Source of the DNA: a virus
Virus record (IMG/VR): IMGVR_UViG_3300025012_000031
Coordinates: 32,001-96,000 of that record
DNA: 64,000 nt
Direction: 5' to 3' (one strand)
Shown here piece by piece: positions 29,230 through 38,849 of this stretch. The notes below the pieces were generated by a model, which searched no databases, was not told the DNA's origin, and saw only the letters and a program-made list of their open reading frames with translations. Position 1 is the first letter of the stretch, and each line of letters begins with the position of its first letter. The position numbers and the translations under genes were made by a program.

Positions 29230-29905
29230 ATGACTGAGACTAAATCATTTGCATTAGAACTTTCAACGGATTACCAACCGGGTCCTACCCCAATTGTTGC
29301 CGCATTGTCCACCCCGCACATCCAAATAGATCGTACGATGGTATTCTAACATGGTTGCCTTTGTTGAAGAGTGGCGTTTCTCTTGTCATGATGATGTACT
29401 CGGCGATCATCGTACCCTGACTGGCAGCTAACCAACCAAGTGCGGATTCCGACCAATGTGTATCAGGCTTGGGGCCTTACCACATCCCAATTCTTTCGTT
29501 AGATAGTTGGGAGTTAAACCATTTATCCATCATCATCGCGGCTGTCTTTCCATTTTGTATATATGATATCCAAATCATTAAGGAACTTACCAAGAAGTGC
29601 AGCCGCAGTGGCTTCATTATCTTTCGACAACGAAATACCACACTCCTTTATGTCTTTCTCCGTGGGTCGGATACTCAACGGATTTGTCGGAATTCGTATT
29701 CACCGAACCCCTAAAATCTTCTGCGCGCCCTTGTACACCATACTCGGACCTTAACACAGATACCCCTTATCTCTTATTGTTCATCAGTTTGGTTGAATGG
29801 AGCTCAGCACCACCTGTTAGTCTTTCGGTCACCGTTAGGCCATCCGATTTCTCCCATTCCTGACGTCCCAACTATCTCCACCGAAACCAATCGATGAAGC
29901 CACAC
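29230..29905 (-). ncRNA. GOLLD-like large structured RNA
   Basis: About 680 nt without credible ORF in tRNA array; ACCGAAAG...ACAGGTGGTGCTG, GGAGTGTGGTATT...GAAAG hairpin, 3' TCTCAG recalled as GOLLD-like; boundaries approximate. Confidence 0.6.
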
Positions 29906-29912
29906 TAAAATG

Positions 29913-30015
29913 TGGAGACGAGGCTTGTTTGGTTGACCATATGTATAGTTCATATGGCGGGACTATGTAAGATTCGTCCCTTTCACGCTGTTACCAACGC
30001 TTATCTTCGACCCCC
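29913..30015 (-). ncRNA. cloverleaf-shaped RNA without tRNA consensus
   Basis: GGGGTCGA/TCGTCTCC-A terminal stem enclosing three hairpins. Confidence 0.45.
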
Positions 30016-30135
30016 AAACGGCCGTAAAACTTCAAATTTTAAAAGAACTGATTTGCTGATTGAAAGATGTTATTATAACAAAGATGAACCACAATGTCAA
30101 TAACTTTTTTCATCCTTGTGTATTTTGTTACTTCG

Positions 30136-30250
30136 TGCCAGCGTAGGGAATCGAACCCTTGTCTCCGAGAAGTAGAATTATACCCGAGGGAATCGAACCC
30201 TCATCAACCGTCCTGCGCGCATGGTGTTTGGACGTCCGCCAGATCTGGCA
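30136..30250 (-). ncRNA. tRNA-like RNA with two T-arms
   Basis: TGCCAG/CTGGCA closure; AGGGTTCGATTCCCT occurs twice. Confidence 0.6.
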
Positions 30251-30454
30251 TTTTTGAAATTAGAAATAACCGAGCAATGTTCCGACGAGCGGAATTAAAG
30301 ATTGAACAGTGACCTCGAGTATTCAATCCATACTTCTTCAAATTTCTAGTCAATGATAACTTATTCGAGGTGTTCGGTTCCATTCATAAGGTCGAATTAT
30401 AACAAAGATGACGAACTATGTCAACAAAAATCTTCTTCGCCAAACATATTTTTC

Positions 30455-30778
30455 TTAATCTTTTGCTAAATCACTAACCGCGCTTGACCAAGTAGCATGA
30501 CCATTGTCAACGAGTAATTTATTCAGATTGAGTGCATATCCACCATCTTGTAAAAATATGACACCATTTTGTCCATGATCAAATGTATGAAGTTTAAACA
30601 TTCCTGGATATTGCTCGAAGCATTTCTCAAGAAAGACCTTTGAATCAGGACCGCATTCTTTTATAGATGCTAATTTAATTTGTTTATCATGTACCCAAAT
30701 ATTAAATCCTAGATCAACGTCAACGACAATCTGATCTCCGCTAATAACACTTTTCAAATATGCATTAAACGAATACAT
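30455..30778 (-). CDS. thermonuclease (SNase)-like protein, possibly inactive
   Basis: VISGDQIVVDVDLGF, NLNKLLVDNGHA; usual DGDT and R motifs altered. Confidence 0.7.
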   Translation of the reverse strand: MYSFNAYLKSVISGDQIVVDVDLGFNIWVHDKQIKLASIKECGPDSKVFLEKCFEQYPGMFKLHTFDHGQNGVIFLQDGGYALNLNKLLVDNGHATWSSAVSDLAKD

Positions 30779-30787
30779 AGAATTAGT

Positions 30788-31459
30788 TCATCCTTTTAAC
30801 ATCCAAGATTTAAAATTGAATGATTTCTTTTCTTTTTCGATTTCTTTCAAGATATAGTCGTCATAGAAAGCGCGAGCATCTTGATTTGAATCGTTTGGTT
30901 TATAACTGAAGTTCTTCCATGTACTCTCGGGAACTCGATGATAGACGGCGATCTTTCCTCCCGCGTATCTCCCGAGTGTTGGGTCCAATATCTTGTTGTC
31001 TTTTGTCAGGATGACGCCGTGTTCTAAGATATCAAACAAGAACGGTCTCGGACCTTCACCCGTCTTAGCCCAAGAAGCAGCATCACCTAACGAACCTTTA
31101 TTGATGATAATCACGTAAGCAAGATCACCGTACTTCGTGCCGTTCCTGTTAACGAAGTCAAGGGCATTATAATAACATCTCCCGACTTTACGACTACAAG
31201 CCTCAGCATCTTTCGGAAAGCTTTTAACACCAACAGAATCAACAAAATCGCCGGAGCGAATCTTATCAAAAATCCATGGTCCGGCGTTATGTGTTAATCG
31301 GAAGAATTCTTCCTTCATATAAGAAACATCATCAATCCCGGCTTCATCCGGAAAATCCCGCATCCATTTAGCGTGTAAAGCCTTTACATAATCTCTTGCA
31401 AGATCTTCAAGACCACCACCGCCAACAGACTCGGTTAGATATCGCTTAAATGATATCAC
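30788..31459 (-). CDS. papain/transglutaminase-like protein with capsid-targeting-like N-terminus
   Basis: MISFKRYLTE; GRCYYNA...EHGVIL...ILDPT Cys-His-Asp. Confidence 0.6.
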   Translation of the reverse strand: MISFKRYLTESVGGGGLEDLARDYVKALHAKWMRDFPDEAGIDDVSYMKEEFFRLTHNAGPWIFDKIRSGDFVDSVGVKSFPKDAEACSRKVGRCYYNALDFVNRNGTKYGDLAYVIIINKGSLGDAASWAKTGEGPRPFLFDILEHGVILTKDNKILDPTLGRYAGGKIAVYHRVPESTWKNFSYKPNDSNQDARAFYDDYILKEIEKEKKSFNFKSWMLKG

Positions 31460-31623
31460 CCCTGACCCCGACTGATCTTCTTCATACGACGAGCATTCTT
31501 ACTCTTAAAGCGAGTGTATTTGCTCGAACCCTGGGAGGTGACCTTATTCTTACGAACGATCCTCTTCAATGATCCAGTATCGCTCTTCGTCGGTTTAACC
31601 TTTGTTGTTGCTTTTGCGGCCAC
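31456..31623 (-). CDS. 55-aa highly basic peptide (not in ORF track)
   Basis: GGAG RBS, GTG start; ends KVTSQGSSKYTRFKSKNARRMKKISRGQG; GTGA overlap. Confidence 0.7.
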   Translation of the reverse strand: MAAKATTKVKPTKSDTGSLKRIVRKNKVTSQGSSKYTRFKSKNARRMKKISRGQG

Positions 31624-31679
31624 GGCTGTTCTCCAATCATAGATGTAATTGATTTACATTCGTTCCGCTATTTCATTCT

Positions 31680-31754
31680 TGGAGCGGGCGAAGGGATTCG
31701 AACCCTCGACTTTCACATTGGCAATGTGAATCTCTACCACTGAGTTACGCCTGC
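31680..31754 (-). tRNA. tRNA-Gly(GCC)
   Basis: TCACA-TTGCCAA-TGTGA; TCCA end. Confidence 0.93.
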
Positions 31755-31956
31755 ATACGGTTTTTGTGCCTCGCTTATATACCAAGACGCACATAGACTA
31801 CCGAAACTACCTTCCCTTGGTCTCTCGTCAAGCGCACCGTGCTAACGTCCCCCAGCTAGCTACCCCGTGTCAGGCCATCCGTCCGATGATGTCACTAGGC
31901 CCAAACATCCAGGAGATGAAATTATTAGTCATCTCCTACGATACATCCGAGAAATT

Positions 31957-32757
31957 TTATTCGTCGTCATCATAACGATCTTCGGTTGGTTCTTCATACA
32001 TCTCAGAATATACATTTGCTTCTGGTATTTTCTTCTCAATGCCCTTGACTATTCCATCGGCGGTCGACTTATGATCGTCTTTATGATAACATACTTTAAT
32101 TTTTAACGGGTCTTCATTTACAACATCAACGAATATGACGCCCTTTTGCACTAGTGATTCTGCTGGGATAGCACCGGTCTTTGCGGCACCACGATCCATG
32201 CCATCCCAATCTTCAAAATGTGGATGTTTTTCGAGGTATTCATCAATCGAAAGAATGTCACCCCTCCAATAGAATCCCTCAATGCTCTTCAACAAATCTT
32301 TCAATCTAAGTGCAATTGGTAATGCCCCGACGGTAGATGATATTTTAATATGTGGATGTTTACCTAAGTACGATCGCAGTAAAGTCAAATCATGCCACGT
32401 CAAGTGTTTGCCGATGATTTCTATTGCAAGCAAGTACTTACTCAGTGGTTTAACGGCCTTTGTATAAATTCGTTCTTCTGCTTCATGATCTTTATGTTTA
32501 TATCCTGAAGTAGGAACAATTTTGTATTTATGAGAAAGTTTATCACCATCAATTACGAAACGAATATCAGAATTCTCATCTTTACCCGTTACTATCCAAA
32601 ATCTCTTATCGCGAGAAAATGAAATCTGTTGAGCATGCGTCTTTAATTCATCATCAATCAATATCCTTCCAACATTTTCAGCCGGTGTAATATGATATAG
32701 AAGTCCAACTTGTTTGCCTTCTTTAAGAAAATCTCTAAATCTAATTAAAGATGACAT
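31957..32757 (-). CDS. putative ADP-ribosyltransferase-fold protein with capsid-targeting-like N-terminus
   Basis: IRFRDFLKE; LYHIT...ISFSR...EAEERI. Confidence 0.5.
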   Translation of the reverse strand: MSSLIRFRDFLKEGKQVGLLYHITPAENVGRILIDDELKTHAQQISFSRDKRFWIVTGKDENSDIRFVIDGDKLSHKYKIVPTSGYKHKDHEAEERIYTKAVKPLSKYLLAIEIIGKHLTWHDLTLLRSYLGKHPHIKISSTVGALPIALRLKDLLKSIEGFYWRGDILSIDEYLEKHPHFEDWDGMDRGAAKTGAIPAESLVQKGVIFVDVVNEDPLKIKVCYHKDDHKSTADGIVKGIEKKIPEANVYSEMYEEPTEDRYDDDE

Positions 32758-32870
32758 TCGTATTCCTTTTGTTGTAATTTAAGTGGCCCACCCTCACCGC
32801 GTCCAATGAGTGATATCTGTTAATTCAGATCTGTAAGTGTGCATCGTTGAGAGGCCGGTAGGGCGATACT

Positions 32871-32949
32871 TGGAGCGGGCTGGGGGAATCGAACCCCTTA
32901 TTGCTGGTTTGGAAGACCAGTATTGCTACCTTACAACTTATCAGCCTGC
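32871..32949 (-). tRNA. tRNA-Gly(UCC)
   Basis: CTGGT-CTTCCAA-ACCAG. Confidence 0.88.
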
Positions 32950-33126
32950 ATTAAATTAATTGATCACCGGACAACCATCACAACGAAAAACATCCGAGTT
33001 GTGGCGCATCATCCATTCATCTTTCATCTCTAACCGTTCAGACTCAGTGATAACATCATTGCCAAGAGAAAGAAAATACTTTGCTTCATTGCATGCAGTT
33101 TCCATGTTTGTCTCCTTCGTTAGTTG

Positions 33127-33213
33127 TGGAAGAGAAGAGCGTACTTGAAACGCAGACCTTGCGGTCCGAACTGCTTAGCAGGCAGCCTCAGCAACCTTGC
33201 TGATTTCTTCTCC
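33127..33213 (-). tRNA. tRNA-Ser(GCU), 8/4 fold
   Basis: 8-bp acceptor, 4-bp T stem, 6-bp D stem, long variable arm. Confidence 0.8.
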
Positions 33214-33220
33214 ATGATCT

Positions 33221-33297
33221 TGGTAGCCCCGCAGGGAATCAAACCCTGTTAATCCGCTTTGTAAGAGCGGCACCTCGTTCAACCGAGTCCCGAAGCT
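33221..33297 (-). tRNA. tRNA-Val(UAC)
   Basis: CCGCT-CTTACAA-AGCGG. Confidence 0.8.
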
Positions 33298-33313
33298 ATG
33301 ATGTATTTGCTAG

Positions 33314-33385
33314 TCCCTTCGGAAGAAATCGAATCTTCGTCTGCCGATTATCAGTCGGCGGCTACTACCATTGAGCTACGAAGGG
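33314..33385 (-). tRNA. tRNA-Ile(GAU)
   Basis: GCCGA-CTGATAA-TCGGC. Confidence 0.9.
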
Positions 33386-33528
33386 ATGAAATGTTTTGCC
33401 TGCAAGCATTTACCTATTTATGCTTGCATACCGTCCATAGAACGATACCCGTGGACATCTGGTTTGACGCACCAGGAATAGGATGGGTACGTCTACATGA
33501 GGGCTCCACGCAGTAAGCAAAATTTAAG

Positions 33529-33599
33529 TACGCCAAGAAAGATTCGAACTCTCATTATCCGGTAATCGGCCGGGTGTCCTACCATTGGACGATAGGCGC
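33529..33599 (-). tRNA. tRNA-Ile(GAU), atypical loop
   Basis: CCGG-CCGATTA-CCGG; C33 and U37. Confidence 0.7.
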
Positions 33600-33612
33600 A
33601 TGTAGTACAAAA

Positions 33613-33687
33613 TGGTATTCCTGACTCGAGTTGAACGAGTGTAGCCCTCTTATAAGGAAGGTCCTCTAACCGTTGAGGTACAGGAAC
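33613..33687 (-). tRNA. tRNA-Ile(UAU)
   Basis: CCTTC-CTTATAA-GAGGG; CCA. Confidence 0.88.
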
Positions 33688-33698
33688 ATGTTTTTACT

Positions 33699-33772
33699 TG
33701 GTAGTCCCACCCGGAATCGGACCGGGGTATTCGGTACGTCAGACCGACACTCTACCATTGAGCTATGGGACC
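33699..33772 (-). tRNA. tRNA-Val(GAC)
   Basis: TCGGT-CTGACGT-ACCGA. Confidence 0.88.
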
Positions 33773-33784
33773 ATGTTACACAAG

Positions 33785-33854
33785 AGACGATGTGGGGATT
33801 CGAACCCCAATCTTTAAGTTTTGCAGACTTAAGCCCCACCTTGAGGTCACCGTC
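33785..33854 (-). tRNA. tRNA-Cys(GCA)
   Basis: TAAGT-CTGCAAA-ACTTA; U73. Confidence 0.85.
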
Positions 33855-33866
33855 ACGTTTGACTAT

Positions 33867-34109
33867 TTACTTTCTTTTCCCAGCACGGAATTCGTCATCG
33901 ATGTCATCAAGACGTTGCCATTCTTTATTCAACTCTGGTACTTCGTGTTTAGTGTTGTCATATTTCTTACAAAAGCGAATCAGTTCCTTAATTCGCTGAA
34001 TCTTATCTTTTACTTCCTGATGCGTTTTCTCCGGCATATTTTTCCAAGCATCACCGGCACCCGAACCCTCTGACAGAACATCTTTAATCTTGTCAAAATT
34101 ATTCATCAT
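33867..34109 (-). CDS. internal-protein-like, NNFD leader
   Basis: MMNNFDKIKDVLSE. Confidence 0.65.
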   Translation of the reverse strand: MMNNFDKIKDVLSEGSGAGDAWKNMPEKTHQEVKDKIQRIKELIRFCKKYDNTKHEVPELNKEWQRLDDIDDEFRAGKRK

Positions 34110-34111
34110 GA

Positions 34112-34486
34112 TTATTTCTTCTTGCTTGTAATCGTGACAAACTTCTTCGGGACATCAATTTCCCAAGACTTCATTCGAATGATGTAACAATCATCTTTTT
34201 CATCAACGATGCGAAGTTTACCATCGATATTGTTTGATGACTTAAGAACATCATTCAGGAGATCGGCGAGTTTACGATCTTTAAGAGTATTAAGTGCATA
34301 CTCCCAAAAATCAAAATCAACCTTTGCTTTCATCTTACCGAGTGCCGCCTCTTTTTCACGGGTAGCATCATCATGTTCAGATTGACGTTTCTTCTGTGCG
34401 TCTTGTCTTTGCTGGGCGCCTACACGGGCCTGTGCAGAATTCCGGCCGCCTAGACCTTCTAATACTAAATCAAAATTATTCATCAT
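34112..34486 (-). CDS. internal-protein-like, NNFD leader
   Basis: MMNNFDLVLE. Confidence 0.65.
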   Translation of the reverse strand: MMNNFDLVLEGLGGRNSAQARVGAQQRQDAQKKRQSEHDDATREKEAALGKMKAKVDFDFWEYALNTLKDRKLADLLNDVLKSSNNIDGKLRIVDEKDDCYIIRMKSWEIDVPKKFVTITSKKK

Positions 34487-34519
34487 ATTCCTCCAACAGA
34501 ATTTATGTTCTGTTGTTAT

Positions 34520-35305
34520 TTATCTGGTATGATATTCCCATAATGCTTTGAAGATTGCATTGACATCACAATCATAAAATCCGGAGGAGTTGATGCAGTT
34601 AAACTCAATCACCTTCATCTCTGACTCATTAATCAACGCAAGGTCCATCACACAACAAGAATTAGGCAACCACTTATCGGCAAATTCTTGTGCTTCAAGA
34701 ATGACACCTTTATCAACCTGTCTCTGGGAAAATAATTGTCCGTTATTTCGGTACATACTCCCGGTGATGACTTTTCCACCAACAATGAACCAACGATATT
34801 CGGCATCAATGTTTTGCGGTTCTGAAAGAACGATCATCGTATCAGGCTGAAGCTGATATGACCCAGACGATGCACAAAGAACTCTGTCCCGAAGCCAAAG
34901 AACCAATTCACCAGCAGTATCAACCAACCCCGTGTATTCTTTCAAATCCTTCGAAGGTCGAGTGAACCACATTTCATCTGAAGGTCTTGTCTCGAGGAAC
35001 TTAATAGCTTCATCTAATCTGATCGGCGAAGTGTTCAACATATCATCGCGATTTGACACAAATGCATCATAGTTCGCTTTAGACAGATCAAAATGTAATC
35101 CTGCCCAACCCAATTCTAATCCAACTTCTGTAAGCGATGTTGAACCGTATGGAATGAATTCTTTACCAACGATTGGTTCATCTGACATCAACTCATGAGA
35201 AAACGGAAGTAAACCAATGAACTCATGTGGATACGGCGAAACCGCTTCCTTAATTGCCAAAAGATGCTTTGGATTAATTAAGTTATGTTGGATCAAAAAT
35301 TTCAT
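34520..35305 (-). CDS. ATP-grasp (DUF4343/R2K-like) protein
   Basis: FTRPSKDLKEYTG, EYRWFIV, VMDLA, KVIEFNCINSSGFY. Confidence 0.8.
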   Translation of the reverse strand: MKFLIQHNLINPKHLLAIKEAVSPYPHEFIGLLPFSHELMSDEPIVGKEFIPYGSTSLTEVGLELGWAGLHFDLSKANYDAFVSNRDDMLNTSPIRLDEAIKFLETRPSDEMWFTRPSKDLKEYTGLVDTAGELVLWLRDRVLCASSGSYQLQPDTMIVLSEPQNIDAEYRWFIVGGKVITGSMYRNNGQLFSQRQVDKGVILEAQEFADKWLPNSCCVMDLALINESEMKVIEFNCINSSGFYDCDVNAIFKALWEYHTR

Positions 35306-35324
35306 TTCATCATTCTTTCATAAG

Positions 35325-35398
35325 CTCCGGAGCCGAGCTTCGATCTCGGAACGATACGGTTAACAGCCGTACTCCCCTACCCTCAGGGACCCACCGGA
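35325..35398 (-). tRNA. tRNA-Asn(GUU)
   Basis: TACGG-CTGTTAA-CCGTA; G73. Confidence 0.8.
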
Positions 35399-35590
35399 AT
35401 AAAGTCTTTATTTCGTCATTCTAAGCAGCAGGGACCTCATATCCGTCGGTTCCTGTTTACTTAAAACTTTAACATCTTTACAGCCACACCAAGGACAGTC
35501 TACACCAACTGCGGGTGATTGCCATTCATGGTTGCATTGAATCTCTGTGTTCTTACAAAGTAGAATAAACATCTTTCATTCTTTCTTAAG

Positions 35591-35665
35591 CTCCGCCTAC
35601 AGGACTCGAACCTGTCTCAGTCTCGGTTAACAGCCGAGTGTCGTCGCCCGGACGACTCAAGCGGA
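35591..35665 (-). tRNA. tRNA-Asn(GUU), overlapped by endonuclease stop
   Basis: CTCGG-CTGTTAA-CCGAG. Confidence 0.85.
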
Positions 35666-36274
35666 ATGTATAAATGATATAGCCTTTGAAATTTCACCTT
35701 TGGTATTGCTCATCATATCTTTCCACTTAATACGATGAACGACCCAACCATGTTCATTTAAAAGTCTATCCTTTCTTATATCTCTTTCTTTAACATCTGT
35801 AAATCTTTCGTGTTGGTCTCCGTCGATTTCAATCGCCTTCTTTAAATGTGGCCAAGCAAAATCTATTGAGTAAATACCAACACAATGTTCTCTGTTGAAA
35901 TTTTTATCATCGAACTCATTTTCAATTACTCTCATGAAAAATTGTTCGGGCCAAGAAGGTTCATTATTCCATCTTGATTTACCGATGTTCCAGGCCTTTC
36001 CTGAAGAATGAGCCAGTTTCATTGATTCGCTAATTTTATTCTTTGTCTTAACGCTAAGAATCCTGCCTGTTCCTGCTATGCCTAACTTCCTACGAGTGTC
36101 TTCAGTAACAATAAACCGAAGACCATTATCTTTAGCCTTCATGAACTGATTAGTACCCTTCTTACCAGTCATACCGTTTTTGTAACGACGATTTGGATTA
36201 ACAGGACAACACCGCTCATGATTACGATGACTATTTTCGTTTTTACATTCCTTGGCACAGAATTGACAATACAC
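35657..36274 (-). mobile_element. Vsr/DUF559 (EDxHD-like) homing endonuclease
   Basis: Zn finger CQFC..H...C, NUMOD3-like, IDFAWP...AIEIDGDQH...RD...GW. Confidence 0.85.
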
Positions 36275-36321
36275 GATAAAGAACCTTTCTTGGTGTCTTT
36301 ATCGTATTTATAAATTCTATT

Positions 36322-36355
36322 TAAGTCAGCTGCTCTACCAATGAGCCACCTGGGA
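36322..36355 (-). pseudogene. orphan tRNA 5' half, probably Asn
   Basis: TCCCAGGTGGCTCATTGGTAGAGCAGCTGACTT ends at anticodon loop. Confidence 0.7.
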
Positions 36356-36571
36356 ATGTAATTTTGAAAAGGTAGATTGGTACCTTTCCTTTTTCAATAG
36401 TTCATACCCAACCGTACTAGACCAAATCATTTATCAGTCAGAAATCTCGAGGTCATTGCTTCAACGGCTCAAGGCCTCCACTACTCGGCATCACAGAATC
36501 AAAATCGTCGCATATAAAATAGTGAGCATATTTTATCGCCTAGAGCAGAAGCTCCGATTAATGTATTTGTT

Positions 36572-36648
36572 TGGTCGAGGCGGCCGGAATCGAACCGACA
36601 TCTACCTGGTTAAAAGCCAGATGTAAAACCAATTTTTACTACGCCCCG
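36572..36648 (-). tRNA. tRNA-Lys(UUU)
   Basis: TCTGG-CTTTTAA-CCAGG; CCA. Confidence 0.88.
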
Positions 36649-36658
36649 ATAAAGCAAG

Positions 36659-36741
36659 TCAGGGCGGGGGGATTCGAACCCACGATGCGGTTTCCCGCTC
36701 TCGATTAAAAGTCGAGTGTAGTACCTCTCTACGACGCCCTG
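36659..36741 (-). tRNA. tRNA with Lys(UUU) anticodon and long variable arm
   Basis: CTCGA-CTTTTAA-TCGAG; variable stem GCGG-GAAA-CCGC. Confidence 0.85.
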
Positions 36742-36747
36742 AAGGTA

Positions 36748-36823
36748 TGGTGCGCGCAGTGGGAATTGAACCTACAACCTTCCGGTTAAGAGCCGGGTAC
36801 TCTGCCAATTGAGTTATGCGCGC
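36748..36823 (-). tRNA. tRNA-Lys(CUU)
   Basis: Loop CTCTTAA; CCA. Confidence 0.93.
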
Positions 36824-36941
36824 ATATTAAATTCTGTCTCCTGGTTTAGACCCAGGTTTCTGTTTGTATTTCATCTTGTGTACTCCTTGTTAATTATGAA
36901 GCTATTATATAACATTGTAATGAATATGTAAATAGAAAAGT

Positions 36942-37352
36942 TTATTTGAAAACGTAAGGTGTTCTTTTTTCTTTAAGACCGACATTGTTCGCCGTTTTTA
37001 CAATTTCACCTTTTTTAATCTGGATGATGTTTTGGATTTCAACTTCATCGCCTTGTCCACGATAACCGTTTCCAGTATCGATGATGTATGTTTTCTTTTC
37101 GCCCACCTTACCGTATTCTCCACCCGAACCGATGATGAAAACCTCTTGCCACTTGACAGGATAACCAGAGCCGCGTAGACAAACCATGACCGTCTGATCG
37201 TATTCTTTATCCATCGCGAGAATTTCTTCAATGGTCGTTTTACTCTTCGGGAAATGATAACCCTTCATGATGTACCAATCAGCACGTCTGACTGGCTTAT
37301 ATCCACCGGGACCTTCAGAAATGATTCCTAAAACTTTATCGAAATTATTCAT
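36942..37352 (-). CDS. internal-protein-like, NNFD leader
   Basis: MNNFDKVLGIISE. Confidence 0.65.
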   Translation of the reverse strand: MNNFDKVLGIISEGPGGYKPVRRADWYIMKGYHFPKSKTTIEEILAMDKEYDQTVMVCLRGSGYPVKWQEVFIIGSGGEYGKVGEKKTYIIDTGNGYRGQGDEVEIQNIIQIKKGEIVKTANNVGLKEKRTPYVFK

Positions 37353-37373
37353 AAGTAAATCTCCCTTGTTTGT

Positions 37374-37449
37374 TGGTACCGACGGTAGGATTCGAACCTA
37401 CGACCTTGGAGGTAGAAGCTCCCTGCTCTGTCCACTGGGCTACGACGGC
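37374..37449 (-). tRNA. tRNA-Arg(UCU)
   Basis: GGAG-CTTCTAC-CTCC; CCA. Confidence 0.92.
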
Positions 37450-37459
37450 ATATGTAACT

Positions 37460-37795
37460 TTAATTTAATCTTGAATTGATATGAGTGACTGTCCCTAGTG
37501 TAGGATGTGTATACTCCGTGGTCCTATGATTGATTCGAGCAATCTCTTTTGTTCCGCGTGTTCCCTCCTTGAATCCTATCGTTTTCATAATATACGGGAC
37601 TTTATTGTCATCGCCGCCGGTGAATGTTCCAACAGTACGATCAGACGTGTCCAAGTATACACCGTGTCCTAATTTGAACTTAACAGGATCAAAAGAATCG
37701 CGCTTCAAATCTAATCCAACAAGATAATCCGACAGAGCCTTTTGTGTTGGCGCTGCTTCATTCAAAACTCTAACGATCTTATCAAAGTTATTCAT
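37460..37795 (-). CDS. internal-protein-like, NNFD leader
   Basis: MNNFDKIVRVLNE. Confidence 0.65.
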   Translation of the reverse strand: MNNFDKIVRVLNEAAPTQKALSDYLVGLDLKRDSFDPVKFKLGHGVYLDTSDRTVGTFTGGDDNKVPYIMKTIGFKEGTRGTKEIARINHRTTEYTHPTLGTVTHINSRLN

Positions 37796-37818
37796 GTATG
37801 ATCTCCTTGTTAAATTGT

Positions 37819-37890
37819 TGGTGCCCCACGATTGAGTCGAACAATCTCTTCCTGGTTCGAAGCCAAGAGTCCGGTTCCGCCGGGTCGGGC
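37819..37890 (-). tRNA. tRNA-Arg(UCG), irregular acceptor
   Basis: CTTGG-CTTCGAA-CCAGG; CCA. Confidence 0.7.
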
Positions 37891-37911
37891 ATATGTTTTA
37901 TTTATCAGCGG

Positions 37912-37983
37912 TCCCCTCGGGAGGAGTCGAGCCTCTCACGACCAGCGTTCGTAGCACCGGCGCCGCAGTCCCACGGCGAGGGG
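37912..37983 (-). tRNA. tRNA-Arg(ACG)
   Basis: CGGTG-CTACGAA-CGCTG. Confidence 0.75.
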
Positions 37984-38173
37984 ATAATCATTAATCAAAG
38001 AATGTGGTCTTTTTGTCTTTTCTTTGTCTGACCGTTGAGCCGCAGTGCGGACATTTACTTCCAACTTGAACGAGATCTAGGTCACAGTTCATACACCAAA
38101 ACTGAAATGCCTTTGAGGGGTTGCGAGCTTTTTCTCTGTTCGTTGGTCTGTAAGAAACATCTTCGACTTCCAT

Positions 38174-38548
38174 TCATTTCCCTTTATAAAATGCAACCTT
38201 ACCAAAAACCTTAACAGCACGATAGTAATTACGAGCAATCTCTAACCGAGTCAGGCGTAAGAATTTCGGATTGAACCAGGGTTTCTTGTTGATGATGTTT
38301 TTCATATTCAAATAGAAGACAACATCAGCATACTTTTTATCTTTGTCAGTTATGCCTTCCCTATACATCCAATCATGGATTTTACAGGCATCTTTAACAC
38401 TAAGAAAAAGAATTCTATCGGGAACTATATCAACTTTCCAACCGTTGGGTCCGCAACCGGCACTAACGATCTTTCTTACTTCTTCGCTTGCATTCCAATA
38501 ATTATCTGAAGCAATAATACCGAGTTGTTTAAGTTTTGTATCTGTCAA
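38174..38548 (-). CDS. DUF1353/phospholipase A2-like protein
   Basis: GCGPNGW...ACKIHDWMY...ADVVF. Confidence 0.6.
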   Translation of the reverse strand: MTDTKLKQLGIIASDNYWNASEEVRKIVSAGCGPNGWKVDIVPDRILFLSVKDACKIHDWMYREGITDKDKKYADVVFYLNMKNIINKKPWFNPKFLRLTRLEIARNYYRAVKVFGKVAFYKGK

Positions 38549-38849
38549 AGGAGATTCCTAATTTACTTTTTATGAATCGGGTTGTCACAATCTCCACAAT
38601 GTACATAAACGAATTGGGCACTTGCATCAGAGAATTTTTTATCACAACTGGCTATGTATTTACATTTACCGATGGTGACGATTTCCCATGTTTTACCTTT
38701 TGATTTATCAACATACTTTTGGTAGTCTTTGATGTTGTTTGTGGCATTGTTCTTTGTATTATAAAGTTCTGATACCCAAACTATAACCAATGCCAACACT
38801 ATAAACCAAAATATGTTTTTCTTGCTCATTGATTACCTCATTCATTAGT

